Origin: Eledone cirrhosa
Lineage: Eukaryota
DNA length: 64,000 nucleotides
Reading direction: 5' to 3'
Assembly: GCA_964016885.1 (NCBI GenBank)
Contig: OZ024750.1
Coordinates: 13,826,001 to 13,890,000, forward strand
Shown: positions 14,670-50,969 of the stretch, in pieces
Numbering within the stretch: the first letter of the stretch is position 1
How the letters are laid out: every line of letters starts with the position of its first letter
Notes under the pieces: generated by a model
Database searches by the model: none
What the model was told of the DNA's origin: nothing
Seen by the model: the letters and a program-made list of their open reading frames with translations, nothing else
Position numbers and translations under genes: made by a program

Positions 14670-15475
14670 ATCCTCCTCATCATCGTTTTTATGTCCATTT
14701 TTCCACACTTGCATGGGTCCTTTTCAGCACCGCACCTCTCCATACGTCATGTTCCTTCATCATTTCCTCCGAGTCTCAGTGATTTGAGATCAGCTTTCAC
14801 CACCTTTGAGCAAGTCTTCCTTGGTCTACCTCTACTGAGATTTCCTGGCACTTCTTCACCCAGTGATCAACATCCAACGCCTTCCTCTCTTGCACACCAC
14901 TTTGGATTCCTCTTAAACTCAGTTTCTCCCTCAGTTCATCCAAGCTCTGGCTTTCTCTCACCTTTACATTGCACATCCAATGAAGCATATGAAAGTAAAA
15001 AACAAGGAATGATTTAAGTATGATCTCTTTGATGAGCCATATTCATTTATTTGAAGCAATGAGTGCGTGTGAAGTGAGAATGCTGTTGAACATGTAAGCC
15101 ATTAGTTAATATATGGAGGAGAGAGAGTTGCATTATTTATTATTAATATCATCCGATTCCAATTGGTAACACTATGAGGTTCCTCCATGTACCGTGGTCT
15201 TGCATCGTATCCATCAAGACACTGCCATCTTCTTCAATTGCTTTCTTCGGGATGAGGTCCAGGCTAGTACATCTATGAGTGACATGAGGGGACCATAACA
15301 GAACTCTCACAGCTTCTTCACTGTGTCTCATTACATGTGAAGCAGGAGCTAGATGACGCTTTTTTGTGATAGTTGAAATCTTCAGAAGACGGCCATGTAA
15401 TGCAAACAAGAAGGGATTATTAAGTGAAAAAGGAGTACTTGTAGCAAAAGAATGTAAGAACTGCTGCTGTACCAT
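14670..15475 (-). mobile_element. Decayed RTE-like LINE 3' fragments
   Basis: RTE-type C-terminal remnants (ggtctacctctactgag = GRPR-like; ...MQDHGTWRNL) and (cat)n/(att)n tails. Confidence 0.5.
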
Positions 15476-18380
15476 CTAGTCACAGAATTATTACATGTAT
15501 GTCTTCTGCTCTTGTATTAACCATACTAAAATATGAAATGTATGAACATGGAACAGTCATGACCTATCAAATCTCAGAATACAACAACCTATGCCAGCAT
15601 GGAAAATAGATATATGATGATGATGAGATTAAGTTTGCATGTGTTAGACCTCACAGATGAGAGGATACTACATCAAGGTACTCCTACATAAAAAAACCAC
15701 CCTCCAATTTACTAAAAATTTTAAGACCGCAGAATCTCTGATGAATCTTTCTTAGTGACCAAATAACTATAACATTGCCAAAACTGCACTGCAATGATTA
15801 GGGATTCTCTTTTGGGTCCAGTAAATATTCCTACATTGATCAGCTGTTTACCTTCTACAAAGCTCAAGCATGATGCCCCTCCTCCATCCATTAAAGTACA
15901 GTTCATATAGCTAGGTCAAGGCTGCTGTTGCTACTACTAAATACATACAGATTTAGAGTACTGTTCACATAACTGTTCAATTTTTGAAAGTTCAATTTTT
16001 TCAGGTCATTCAATATAATAGACACCAAGAAATCAAATCAAATGTGAAACAATGGCATCCACAAAACAGGTAGACCAAACCATAAATGCTTAGTTAACTT
16101 TTTTTGAGGGGATGGGTGCATTTCCAAAGAACAAGTGATGATTCAAATGATGACTCATTTGAAGTAATTCTACCAGTAGATTTTTTACAACAAATATAAT
16201 TCCCAAACTGGGGCTTATAGATCTATCCTCAAGGAGACACATAAAAGCTTTGTCACACCAGTAAAGCTAAATAAATTAATAAATCAAGCATATTAAAACT
16301 ATGAACAAAGCTATACTGAGAATATTACAGTGCAACCCCCACACAACTTACATTTGCCCATGTCCATGCTGAAGTATAGTCTATCTGGCTTATTGAACTT
16401 CACAGTTCAGATATAATCTGCTACATTTGTGACACAGGCCAGCTTACAATTGACTTAGACTACTCAACAAGAACAATCAATGTGAGGGTTTGATATTTCC
16501 TATCTTAATTCCATTTAATTTTTTTTTTTCTATGCTAATATCTGGGTCACTCAGCTGTATTATTTTAGAAATTTATTTAACTCCTAGTTGGATTAGTTTC
16601 ACATAAAGCCAATATTAGACAAAATGATATCTTCAATAATATTGATATAAACAACTATGTTGTATTATCTGATTTAAGCTCTAGACAAAAAACAATGATC
16701 AAATAACATTTCTTTTTTTGAAAATTAGCACAACGGCAAAAAAAATTATTATTATCGAGTTTCACTATGAAGGATGTCGTGACGGAGTGGTTAAGATACT
16801 GAAGGGTAAGTACAAATGTCATAAGATTAAACTTTGAGACTAGGATTGCATTGCAAATTTGAGAAAATAAATGCCACTCCTACACTTGTTTTCTGATACC
16901 AATCACCAAAGATACTTAACTCTTTCATTACCAAACTGCCTGAAACCAGCTCTCATTCTATGATATAGAACCACCCAGTTTTAAGTGTTCCAATTTAAAT
17001 GAATATTTTTTAACATAATTTTATGAGAGTTGGATGAAAAGTTCTTAGACTGACCAAGATACTCTCATGGAATGACCAAACAAAGTTTATTTTTCAACAT
17101 AGTCCCTGGAAAGAAACAATTAATAAGAATGGTTGAAATTAATGCATGCAAGATTTCACAGCTCTAGCGTCACTCCTTTGTAGTCAGCCAACCCTCATAC
17201 ATAAGATCTGAATATTAAGTTACCAACTTCGTAATTAAATTAATAATTTTAGTAAATCGTTCAAAACCGTTCATGAATTAATTTCTTTAGAAATATGGTA
17301 ACGAAAAGGTTGAGCAAGTAGCAGCCTAATACACATAGGTGATTCTCAGAAATAAATAACTAAATTCTGATATCTCCACATAATTAGTAGTGGCTAGGGT
17401 TGAGAAAGTTATAAATTTCAAGATTTTCTACTTCTGTTGGCAAGAAACGTTTTCTTCTCTGTATAAAAAAACAGCCAAAATAAAGTGTTTGATTCTGACA
17501 AAAGCATGAATAATAAATTAACTCTTGGTACCAAACCAGCTAAAACTGCCCCTGGGTCTACAATACAGATTTTTACAAAGAACCTTTGTTCAATTTTGGG
17601 ACGGTCATCCTGCCAATAAAAACAAAAACGTTTTTGGGCAGCATGACCCTCACAAAGTATAACAATATCTGTTTCAACAAACATTTTCACATCAAAAATC
17701 TTGCAAAACAACTACAAAACGAAGAACCTTTAAGTGATGCTCCAAACACTAGCTTAATAAGAAAGTTATATTATTAAATTCAGCCAAATTCTTGATTATT
17801 TTCGCATTATTTAGATAATGTGGGAAAAAATCAATGACTTTTATTAGAAATACTAGAGATGTCACTTATACTGAAAATATAACATGAAAAAAGACAATGA
17901 ATACTATAGACAGCTGTTGCCATAGAGAGAGACCAAAGCATGGATAACTTAACAACACTGTGTGACAAAGAGGCAAAGAAGATATCACAACACAAACATT
18001 ATCAAATTATCACTTCCAAAACAAATCTATCACAAAGTGGTTACTACATGGTCTTAGGTTTTATTATAAAGATGGTAGGTAATCAAAGTGTTAAACAACG
18101 TACAGCTGTTAAAAAAAAAATCTTTGAGTGCAATCATTAAACTCTGCAATATTAACTAATGATAAAAGATGAACACTAGTAATTTGAGAAAATGTCAAGG
18201 TATCAGAAATATAGGCCAATATATGAGACATCTAATATGACATCATCATTCTTATGTCTGCTTTTTCATGCCTGTATGGGTTGGAGAGGTCAACTTCAAA
18301 AGAGTGTCTTGCTATTAGTTGGCTTCCTTTGTCAGGTTCAGCATCCTAACATCAACTTTCACCATATCTTCCCAGCATAT

Positions 18381-18643
18381 TAACTTGGCTCAAATGTACA
18401 ATAACCCTAAAATCACAACAGTAACTTGGCTCAGATGTAAAGCAACCCTAAAATCATAATAACTTGGCTCAAATATACAACAACCCTAAAATAACAGTAA
18501 CTTCGCTCGAATGTACAACAACCCTAAAATCACAACTTGACTCAAATGTAAAGCAACCCTAAAATCATAACTTGGCTAAAAAATACAACAACACTAAAAT
18601 AACATCAGCAACCCTAAAATCATAACTTGGCTCAAATGTACAG
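18381..18643. repeat. ~35-38-bp degenerate minisatellite
   Basis: aacttggctcaaatgtacaacaaccctaaaatcac, ~7 copies. Confidence 0.85.
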
Positions 18644-19936
18644 CTCATGGATCCTTCATACATATCCATGTAGATCTTTCACAGAGCTGCAAAGCATAAA
18701 CTGATCTAGGAATGTTACCTGTCATATCTATGGGAAGATTAATCTTTATCAAGCAAACTTTAGAGCTAGGTAGCAGGTATTATGAGCCTTTGTGGATATA
18801 TTTGGAGATATTTATCATTCTGTTCATCAACATCATCATTGGTTTAATGTCCACTTCTCTGCTAGCAAGGGTTGTATGGGTCTACAAAGACCAAGTCAGT
18901 ACTGAAGTGTGGTTACTGATCTCCCAGACAAGCCAGAGATCTGCATCTCACTTTTTACAGTTTCATGTTCTACTGAATGCACAGGAAAAGTTGTCATGTC
19001 TTTGATACAACTGAGGGGTCATCCCGATCCTTTCTTTGGCAAGCTTTCTATGGCTGGATGCCCTTCCTATCACCAACCACCTTACAGCGTGTACTGGGTG
19101 CATTTATCATGAAGTTGTGTTGATGTGGCAAAAATGGTTAGGACTCAGACAAATACTTTGCAGCAATGCCCTACCCATCCCCATCAGTTGCAAAAGCATG
19201 CAGTTGTGCAGTTGCTATACTGGTGCCATGTGCATCAAACCTTTGCTACTCAATAGCTTTGAATAAAAAAAATCTTTGCTCAAAGCATCAAACATTCCAC
19301 CAAGTGGTTGAGAAAAATTAAAGGGACTGTTGCTTTGTCTCTGGGAATCATAGAATAAATATTAAGCATGTTGTGGATCAATTCAATTGACTATCTCTCT
19401 CCCTGTGTAGTCATCAGAAGTACCTCCAAATGTATAGACAGAACCAGGTGTGTAAAGTTTTGTATCAAACTCACACCAACATCAAAACTAATATTAAACG
19501 GACGACAATGATAATGTAATTCAATAGCTTACTTATCTACTCAGCCATATAATTGCTAGTTTCTTGAGGTATAATGATAAGAACTTAGGTGGTGATTTCC
19601 ACTAAATATTCGGTCAGAAATGGTTTGATGAAAACAAACTTTGCTAGGTAAAGTCAATGTCGTCAGCTGAAACTTGAGTAAGAAAAAAATCTTATTGCCC
19701 TACAATAATTTTACAGTTATTGAAATACACACTAATTGGTTTCAATAACATATTTAATGTAGGGACCATTAAAAAGCTAGCTACATATAAATGCAGCAAA
19801 TTAAGAAAAACCCCAAAATAACATTAGTCATTGACTAGTATTATTTTCATTTATCTGGCAAACATGGGAGACAATTCCAGATAGATTTTAGTCTTATGTT
19901 GACCTTCTCAGTGAAGTATAATCACCTTAAAGTAAA

Positions 19937-19969
<33 letters not shown>

Positions 19970-22817
19970 GGGGAGGCAGGTCTGTAATGCAGAATACCCA
20001 CCAGGAACTGAAGCATACGTCTAGTGGTCTAGTATGTACCACTTCCCCCTTCCAAACCCATCCCATGTCCTAACACTCCAACCTACACCAATCAAGTGTC
20101 CCACTTTACATACACACACCTTCCCCACTGTAAAGTGGTCATGTTAGTGTCACGACAAAATGCCCCCAGTCCACATTGTAAATGTGGTTGGCATTAGGAA
20201 CGGCATCCAGTCATATAGAAAACAAACTAGAAACAGTTCTATGTGATCAAGACACAGTCATTTCATCTGACTTGTTTCACAACAGGACAACTCATCTGGC
20301 CCATGCTAATGTGGAAAACTGGACATTAAATGATGATGACGATGATGAATATATTTCTAGATAGTTTTGTAATGCTTCACACCTTAAATTTTTTTTTCAT
20401 TCAAATGAAATCTCTGAATCCTAATTTAAAGTTTGCACAGTTCTAAGGTTAAAAACAGTTAAATAAATCTACATAATGAAATATTTCTGAAGAATTACAT
20501 TCTAAGAAAAATAGTTTCAATGTTATGGTTAAACTGTAGATAATATTTAGCAATATAAACAGCTATCTTAAGTTTACAACTAAAAATTCCCCTAAATTCC
20601 ATTGACACACACTCGCAAGAAAAAACTAACTTACAGTTCTACAAAATTATAATGGTTTCTTATATTATCAGAATTGGAGGCAATCAAAATCTAACATTGT
20701 GGTATTCATTCGTTTTCAGTGTATGGACCACTCATCTTACTAGTGATTTATGTAAGGCACATGGCCTCTGATTTATAGTTAAAAGACAAATAAGGTTGTA
20801 TCCCAAAGACCATACTTTCTTCTTCGATGCTAGAAAAACAGTTTTCCTAATCAGTTGATGTCTCTCGAAAAAGCTAAAAAATAACCCACATTAGAATACT
20901 TTCGACATGTCAGTAATACTGTTGCTACACACACACGTCCTACACTACATATAAAAAAAAAAGCATTTGTCCAATTAGTCAAATTTTACTCACTAATCTA
21001 CTACAATAACTTCTGCTCCTTGGAACCTGCATACTTCACCCCCTTCCACTTAATCACCTAATTTTAAACCGGCCATATCCAACCAGAATTCTCTCACCTA
21101 TTTCTGTTCAAAATGGCCACTCATACTGATGTTAAGGTATTGTTCTCAAAATAAATAACATCAAAATCCATAGATTCCTTATGCGAGATAATTATATGAG
21201 GTAAAGCCTTTACCGTGAAAATAGAATAGTAAATATAGAGTAATGTAAATGCTAAAGGGTTAATTATCAAGTCTACTGTATATTCCAACTAAACTTTTCT
21301 TGAATGGAATTCCTTCTATAGCCATGTTTTTCCTAAAGGAAACAGCCAGATCATCAACCACATCAATCTAATCTGTCTGGGAAAGTTTACAAAGGATATC
21401 AACAGTCTTCCAACTAAATAAATAAAAATGAAGTGAGATAAAATAGCTTGAACTGAGAAAATATATTTTTTTACATTGGCACAATGAGTAGAGATTTATT
21501 GAAAAGAGGTATAGTTGGTTCCATCAACCATCAATATATTAATCTTTTTTTTTAAATTGACACTGGAGGAGTGAAAAAAAACGCAATTAAATTGCTTGGC
21601 TAAATTGCAGCCATAGTATTAACAATTAGAAGAATTTTGTTGATAAAGTAATTTAACTACTCAAAACTAAACCTAAGATACTGACTCTGCTTAGAGTAGG
21701 CATATCTAAGGGAAAAGGAAACGGAGGGGAGGGAGGACAGTAACTCTTACCAAAATAATTAATGTAAATAAAGTGGACCAAGAATTGAAATTATATAACC
21801 AACTCCACTAACTAATAACTTATGTTGATAGTGGAGTGAGTTTACAGTAGAGTAGAGACACATGGTATTATTAAGTTATATTAAAGCAGTAGAGACTTCT
21901 GGTGTTCTTGGCCCTAGGACCACCTCCCTACTCACCACCATCGGCACATAGTAGGCTACCTGCATGTGTGAGCCTGGCAAGCTGGAATGGCTCTTCCAGA
22001 ACATCTCCTTCACCATCCTCCAGGGAAATGACTTCTCTTTTCTGTCAGGGCGGCGGTGTGGCCAACATGTGGACCCCCTAAGTCGCTCAATAGTGAGAGA
22101 TGTAGAGAGCGGGAGAGACAGAGGCAGTGAGAGTTTGGTTCTATTGTGTTCGGATCTGGTATATATGTATATGTTTATTTACCACACCACATTAACTTTT
22201 CTATATTGTTGTTTCCTTGAGCAAGACAAGACACTTTATTTCACATTGCTCCAGCTTACTCAGCTGTAGAAATGAGATGATAGGGACTGGGGTCCCTATC
22301 ATTCCACTGCAAAGTGGTCGTGGAGGTGCCATGGCAAAAAAAAGCACCCAGCACTCACTGTAAATGAAGTTGGTGTTAGGAAGGGCATCCAGCTGTTGAA
22401 ATCAAGCCAGAATCAGTTCCCATCCCACCCTTGCAAGCAGGGAGAAGCAGACGTATGATGATGATGATGATGATATTGTTTCTTCTTTTCTAACACGTGA
22501 TAGATTGCAGCACACTATAACTTGGATATTTAAATACAGTCAATCTGATAGCAAACTGTGATTCAAAGTCAAATCTGTAGCAGCAAGGATGGGTTGACAT
22601 ATAAACCTTAGATTTCCAGCTAATAGTTCTTGAGTTCAATTCCTCCACAGGAAGTAAATATTTGTCAATACATATTTTACCATACATTTCAGTTGTCCTC
22701 ACTGTTGAGCATCTAGGACAGGTTACTAGGAATGGGTTGCCACTATCTCTTTACCTACCTCAAAGCTTTCGTTAGATTACTAGGCTTTTATGTTATTGCA
22801 TATCTGGTTCACGACTA

Positions 22818-23030
22818 AGGGCGGTGGACAGGCAGTAATCGATAGTGTCCGACATGCTTTGCGGCAGAGAGTTACGGCCCTTTACATTCTGAGTTCAAAT
22901 CCAGTCGAGGTTAGCTTTGCCTTTCATCCTTACGGGGTCGATAAAATAAAGTACCAGTAATGTACTGGAGTCGATATAACTGACTTCCCCACCCTCCAAA
23001 ATTGCTGGCCTTGTGCGTGAATTAGAAACC
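22818..23030 (+). mobile_element. tRNA-derived SINE with conserved central gcctttcatccttNNggggtcgataaaataaagtaccag domain (Deu/Nin-like, tentative)
   Basis: A-box/B-box-like head (ggcggtggacaggcag...gagttcaaatcc). Many diverged copies, e.g. 2575, 3240, 5040, 7530, 42410, 55175, 63040(-). Confidence 0.65.
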
Positions 23031-23618
23031 ACATCTGGTTCAAGACTAAAAAAACACAAGGAATATAATTTAATGAATTGAACACAAAGGGAAGGAAACA
23101 GAGAGAGGGATTTGCAACCCTTCCAAACACGGTATATGACAGGTACTTTCCCACTCCGGCGATATTTCTTTTGTCCAGTCTGGTCAAGTAGATTATCAAA
23201 TTATATTTGTACAAAATTCTCTACTAGCAAGTGAAACAAAGAGCCCGAAGAACGAGTGAAAAAAAAAAAAAATTGCAATAAATACTAACCAAAGCTCCTT
23301 CAAATTACTCCACCCACCATCTTAAATAGATTGTCCTTGTTCAGTGTATTCTCCTTTATTTAAGATATAAAATAGACAAGATGGAACGCCTTTAATCATA
23401 GCTCTATTTGATGGAACCTCAGGAAGATCGCTAAACTCGCAAGAAATAGCAGCTGTCATCTAAACACATACCACTTTCTTAAATAAGGAAGAACACATTA
23501 CATGGTGGCTTTCTACATAATCCGGCCCTTAAAAAAACCAGACAGTCACAACTGAAATGCCTTTAATCATAAGTTTGATCGATCAGGGTTGATCTGGAGC
23601 TAAACATCTCTAGAAAAT

Positions 23619-23826
23619 TACGAGGGTCGGCCGAAAATTTCATAGACTGACTACGGAGGAGTGATGCTAGGGCTGTGAAAGCTTGCCTGCATTAATTTCA
23701 GCTCTTCTTACTAATAACAGCATCGTTTCTTTCCAAGAACTATGTTGAAAAATAAAATTAAACCTCATCTGGTCAGTCCATGAGAGTATCTCGGTCAGCC
23801 TATGAACTTCTCAGCCGACCCTCATA
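23619..23826. mobile_element. Tc1/mariner-like MITE
   Basis: TA-cgagggtcggccgaaaatttcatagactgac...gtcagcctatgaacttctcagccgaccctca-TA inverted termini. Other copies: 24196-24382 and 17023-17199 (the latter nested in a family-B MITE). Confidence 0.75.
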
Positions 23827-23978
23827 TGACGATAATAAACACTTGTCGCTGTAGTATATTTATTCTATTTAATATGCTAACTAGTAATAGTAAGTTAAGT
23901 AGCATGTTCGGGTAACTAATATAACATACAGCGACATTATATTATGGTGAGACAACCAACAAACTCTATAATCAGATA

Positions 23979-24039
<61 letters not shown>

Positions 24040-24834
24040 CGTGTGTGACTAAAGCACTAAAAATGCAATATGTGCGTTTGTTTAATAGCAGTAAATAGTA
24101 TAGTGTAAATAATGGTTTAATGCTAGCTATACGGACAAATATGCTGCAGATATCGCAATAAGATATATATATATATATATATGCATACACACACATACGA
24201 GGGCGAGCTGACTGCGAACGAGTGATGCTAGAGCTGTAAAATCTTGCATGCATTAATTTCAACTCTTCTTATCAATAACTGTATTGTTTCTTTCCAGGAA
24301 CTGCGTTGAAAAATAAACCTCATTTGGTCATTCGATGAGAATATCTTGGTCAGCCTATGGACATTTCAGCCGACACTCGTACACACACATACACACACAG
24401 AAGACCGAAGAGAGGACAAGAATACGCTGTAAATTATGTCAACGAGTATCAAGTGTCAAATTAAAAAAAACATAAATAAAAGAAAAAAAGACATCATTGG
24501 TGGACATAGTGAAGAGGATAAACGTACATTTATCTATCTATTGAAAATAATAATAATAAACATTGGTCTGCCAATGGTATAAATACGAAGTGTGTAAAGA
24601 GAGTTGGTGTTAGCTAAGGAGAAAAATAAATAAACGGATGAAGCTACTAATGTGATTCAGCTTTAATCTGTTGTATTCACGTTATTTGCCACTAATTTAC
24701 TAAACATGGCTTTTTTTCTTCTGTTTTTTATAGCTACTACCTCTTTTTATTTAAGTGGATGATGTAAAGTATGATTGTACGTCACGTCGACTAAACTAGA
24801 CAAATGTGTTGGTTGAATTATCATTTCTTTAGAT

Positions 24835-24865
<31 letters not shown>

Positions 24866-25329
24866 AAGCTTAACCGTTGGGCAGAGAAGCCTTATAATAT
24901 CTACAGTATCTTAAATATGGACTACCATAACATCTAATCCATCTATATATATATACATACATACACACTCATATATATATATATATATATATATACATAC
25001 ACAAACACCTATATAATTATACACACACATTATGTATATATATATATATATACACACAAACACATATAATTATATACACACATAATTACACACACACACA
25101 CATTATATATATATATATATATAATGATGGGGCCTGCATGTCTATTTTTTTAGTAATGATAATAATGATGAGTGTGGCAGGAAGTAACATTAGGAAGTAT
25201 TTTGAAGAGAAAACAAATCAGAGATTGTGTGTAGTGCAGTTGATAGGGAGGATATAAAAATGATGAAGAAAAGATAGCTTACACTATTACACATTGCAGT
25301 CGTATATGTGGTGTGTGTGTGTGTGTGTG

Positions 25330-25406
<77 letters not shown>

Positions 25407-25941
25407 ATGAGAACGAATATAAAATATATATGTAAATAAATGGCTTGCGGGAATGTGTTGGCAATTGAAAATACAATGATGTAGGGATTGTCAGGTGATA
25501 GGTTAAAACGATAACATTAATATTTGGAAAGAATATTGTAAAATTGCTCTAAGTAACTGGGAATCGGAAAATTATTCAATATAAAAAGTTCTTAAACCGT
25601 AACAAAAACACGTAACCATCATAGCAAAGAAGGACAACGATAATTTAGTAAATTATATAAGAAAATATAACAAATCAACTGGAATTCTCAAGCAAGCTTA
25701 TATCCAGCATTCTAAATGAATATAGTCTAAGAGAATTACGTTCATATAAATAATAATATTAATAATAATATTAATAACAATGTGGGTAAAATAGTGGAGT
25801 CTTCTATACGGTGTCTGAAATTGACAATTTGCAAAGGAAAAGATGTACACATATCGAAATAATGATGGTGCCTCTTGATCTTAGAGACACCACCAGGAAA
25901 GGTCTGATTAGATATAAGGAAGGTTTGATATATACACTTAC

Positions 25942-26091
25942 CTGTTGGAGAACTTCTTGGCTAAGTCCTGACAACTTAAACAAATCCAATGCTTTGGAGC
26001 CGGTTACTTTTCCAGACCCTTCGACATCGCAGTTCTGGAAAAGTTCACCGTAATACCGCTGTTCTTGGTCACATAGCTTTAAACTTTCCAT
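25942..26091 (-). CDS. REPS1: RalBP1-associated Eps domain-containing protein (REPS1/2), first coding exon (N-terminal EH-like domain)
   Basis: MESLKLCDQEQRYYGELFQNCDVEGSGKVTGSKALDLFKLSGLSQEVLQQ resembles the human REPS1 N-terminus as recalled ([24 protein letters not shown]...). It ends at a CAG|gtaagt donor, phase 0. Exon 2 was not found in 1-25941. Confidence 0.85.
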
Positions 26092-26379
26092 TGTTGAATC
26101 TAGAAAAGGAGGAGGACAGATTCTCCGTCTTTATTCCTGTGCTGAAACAGTAATGGTCCGGTTGACAAATAATTCAACTTGATGTCCAACATATAAACGA
26201 TGATAAAATTGAAACAAGATAGTTAATTACTAGCTAACAGCAGTTAGTTTAAAATAAGCGAATTATGTTCATGTCAATATGCTATATCATGTCTTATCAC
26301 AGGAATAAACATATGACAGTAGATTTCGTAACTATCTGTACATCTGGACAACAACGATAGCAAGACATGACTTTTACAG

Positions 26380-27445
26380 TGAAGTGTAAAGGCGGCCGAA
26401 ACACGAGAGGTGGTTTACAGAAGACATATTAACTACAGGCCGCACCATCTTGAATAGGAAACTACCCGGATGATATGCCCCCCCCCCCCCTGACATGACG
26501 CACTAACATCCAAGCTTCCTCCTCACTTTCTTTCAATGAATTTATCTCGGAGGTAAATAAAATAAAAATTGACACAAATCAATGTTTTTCCTTATTAAAT
26601 AATTTTTTTTACATAATCACTTTTTAATTTTAAGAAGTAGAATTATTTGTTTAGTACTTATTATTTGTTTTTAAGTTGTACAATCCTATTTGAAAATAAT
26701 CGAATATTTTTATTACAAATATAAAATAATAATACTATGAATATATTTAATAAAACATTATGAGGTAATCTTTTCAAAGTATTTAATTATATCATAAAGA
26801 AATAGATCCGTAAAAATTCAGTAAACGAAAAAGAAAAAATATTTCACCTCCATACATATATATATATATATCGACATATTCGGATTAATTATATTAGGTT
26901 TTAAATAAAACATCTGCATAGTTTCTAATATTGTATATTCTTTGATCAAATCAAACAAAATTATGTGAAATATATTCCACTGAAATTGATAGCATTTTGT
27001 AATTTTCATTAAAATTGTCTTCTTCATCTTAGGATGAATTAAATTATCAATATATTTGCACATGGCTTTTATTTGATTATTAAACTATATATTTTCTACG
27101 ATTTTTTTTATTATTTTTTTTATTTTCAAACTTCGTGTTGAATACTCAAGTGTTACAAAACATTAGGCACTAGCTCATCATGTCAAATGATGTGCGTTCC
27201 CTGACATTTTAGTTAAACAATTCGTTAGAATGTTAGATTTTCATAAATTTTATTATACCGGCGAAAATCTTGAGTATTTCTAACAAAATTTTGGCTATAA
27301 GTTCAGAAAAAAAAGTTGCTTTCGAAAAAAAAAAAAGCTTAATCTTCCCCCATCATTCCAATGTGTTGAAAAAATTGGCGCGAGTCAGTGTTCTTGTGCA
27401 AGTGTGTGCGCATGTGGTCTTTGTTGTGTGGAATCTAAGGCAAAA
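26380..27445. promoter_or_regulatory. Divergent (bidirectional) promoter region between REPS1 and RBBP4
   Basis: Start codons are 1.35 kb apart head-to-head. CpG-retaining patches occur at both ends. Motifs: E2F-like TTGGCGCG (~27375) and GGCGAAAA (~27260), NRF1-like TGCGCATG (~27407), YY1-like CAAGATGGTGCGG on the minus strand (~26440-26452). Confidence 0.6.
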
Positions 27446-49417
<21,972 letters not shown>

Positions 49418-49959
49418 TGGTCCACACATTACTGACATTGTTACATAATTCATATTGCTTCACTTCCATCTAGTTGGGTTAAATAAATAAAACTCAAGTG
49501 TTCTTTCTGCTCAGTCTACTTCCATTAAAACATCCCCCCCCCCCCTTTTCTGTTAGTGCCTGTTTCACAATAGGCCATTCTCTTCCCATTCTAACCACTG
49601 TTCTTTCAATCTCTCTTTCTCGTAGCACAATATCTATTTGCAATCAACCAACACCCTTTTATGTGGAAAGTCCTATTGTGTTTCTCATGGCTTTAGTATT
49701 AAAAGTATTGTTTTTCTTTCACTTAATTTACCTGATCTATACGAGGCATGTCCAATAACGATATTCCTGTTATGTAAATAAACAAGACAAAACAGTTTTC
49801 AGTGTTATTTTTCTCTCCTTTCTTATGTTGAAAACTTTATGTATACAAGTTTTTTGTTTTGAGCATAAAATTTATAAATAGTTCTCCCCCCTTTTGGCAG
49901 GTGTTCTACAGTAGTCAGGAATCCAATTTTGTAGACATCTTCAAAGCAAATGGTAATTT

Positions 49960-50725
49960 GGTTTTGTGCCAGGCGCGAGAGATGTCTTCTTATTGGGACA
50001 ACTACAAGAGAAGTTCCAAGCCACCATATCTAGCTTTTGTTGATAAGGCTTTTGACAGAGTATCACAATCTGTCATTAGGTGGTCCTTAAGAAAACTAGA
50101 TAAAAAAAAAAACAGTAAAGTGAAAGTATTTAATGAGTTTAGTGAACAATTCAGTGTGTAGGTAGGGGCTTAGCTCCTGTTTGAATATAGTTCTCCAGCT
50201 CATATCAGGATTTTCAGACTGGCTGTCTATGAGAACTTCTGTATGCTGATAACCTGGTTCTTGAGAAGAAATCCCTATTCTGGAAAATGACCTTAGAATC
50301 AAAAGGGCTCAGGGTAAGACTTTGTATGTACCAAGACTGTTGGTTGTAAGAATATTAGCGAAATAAACTTTTTCCGATCCCAAGAAGGTGGTCGATAGCT
50401 TCTACTTAGCTAACGTAATTAGCAATGGTGGAGATTTATTCTAGCTACTACACTATCAGTACAAAGTAAATACTATTGATAACGGAAGGTTTCATTCTGC
50501 ATTCAATGAACGATGTTGCTTGGTATTGTGAAGACTGGAGAGAAATGAAGATGAAGCGAGCTGGGTGTAAGAGGAACCAGATGTGGTGTGCAGGAGAGAA
50601 GACGGTACTGGTATGGACATGTGATGTATATGGATGATGATCATTGGGTGAAGTGCCAAGAAATGAGTGGAGAGGATCCAATTCATACAAACAGAAACAC
50701 AGACATAGGATGACGGTGATGATGG
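49960..50725 (+). mobile_element. Decayed RTE-clade LINE fragment (RT and 3' end)
   Basis: KPPYLAFVD-KAFDRVSQSVIRWSLRKL matches the LINE RT motif YLAFVDLEKAFDRV; frameshifted; gatga tail. Confidence 0.7.
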
Positions 50726-50863
50726 TAAATTTTATTGTCCCATGCTATAGATTGTTGAAAAAAATGAAAAGTTTTATTGAAATTTTATGAGTAATGAAGT
50801 TAACAAAAATGATATTTTCAATGAAATAGAAAAGAATTCATATATTATGGAAGCCTCATAGCT

Positions 50864-50969
50864 TTAGAATTTGCTTGCAGTCAATTCTAAGTCAACAGTG
50901 TTCACAAGTCTGGTGAAATAACGTAAACCTGGTTGTACTTTCTGTAATCTCCGTGTTATGTCTTCACAG
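50864..50969 (-). CDS. KNL1: KNL1 terminal coding exon
   Basis: [34 protein letters not shown]; AATAAA on the minus strand near 50773 and 50731. Confidence 0.78.

Noticed and set aside
18381-18643. Telomere-like aaccctaa motifs
   Set aside because: One motif per ~36-bp minisatellite unit, not tandem TTAGGG.
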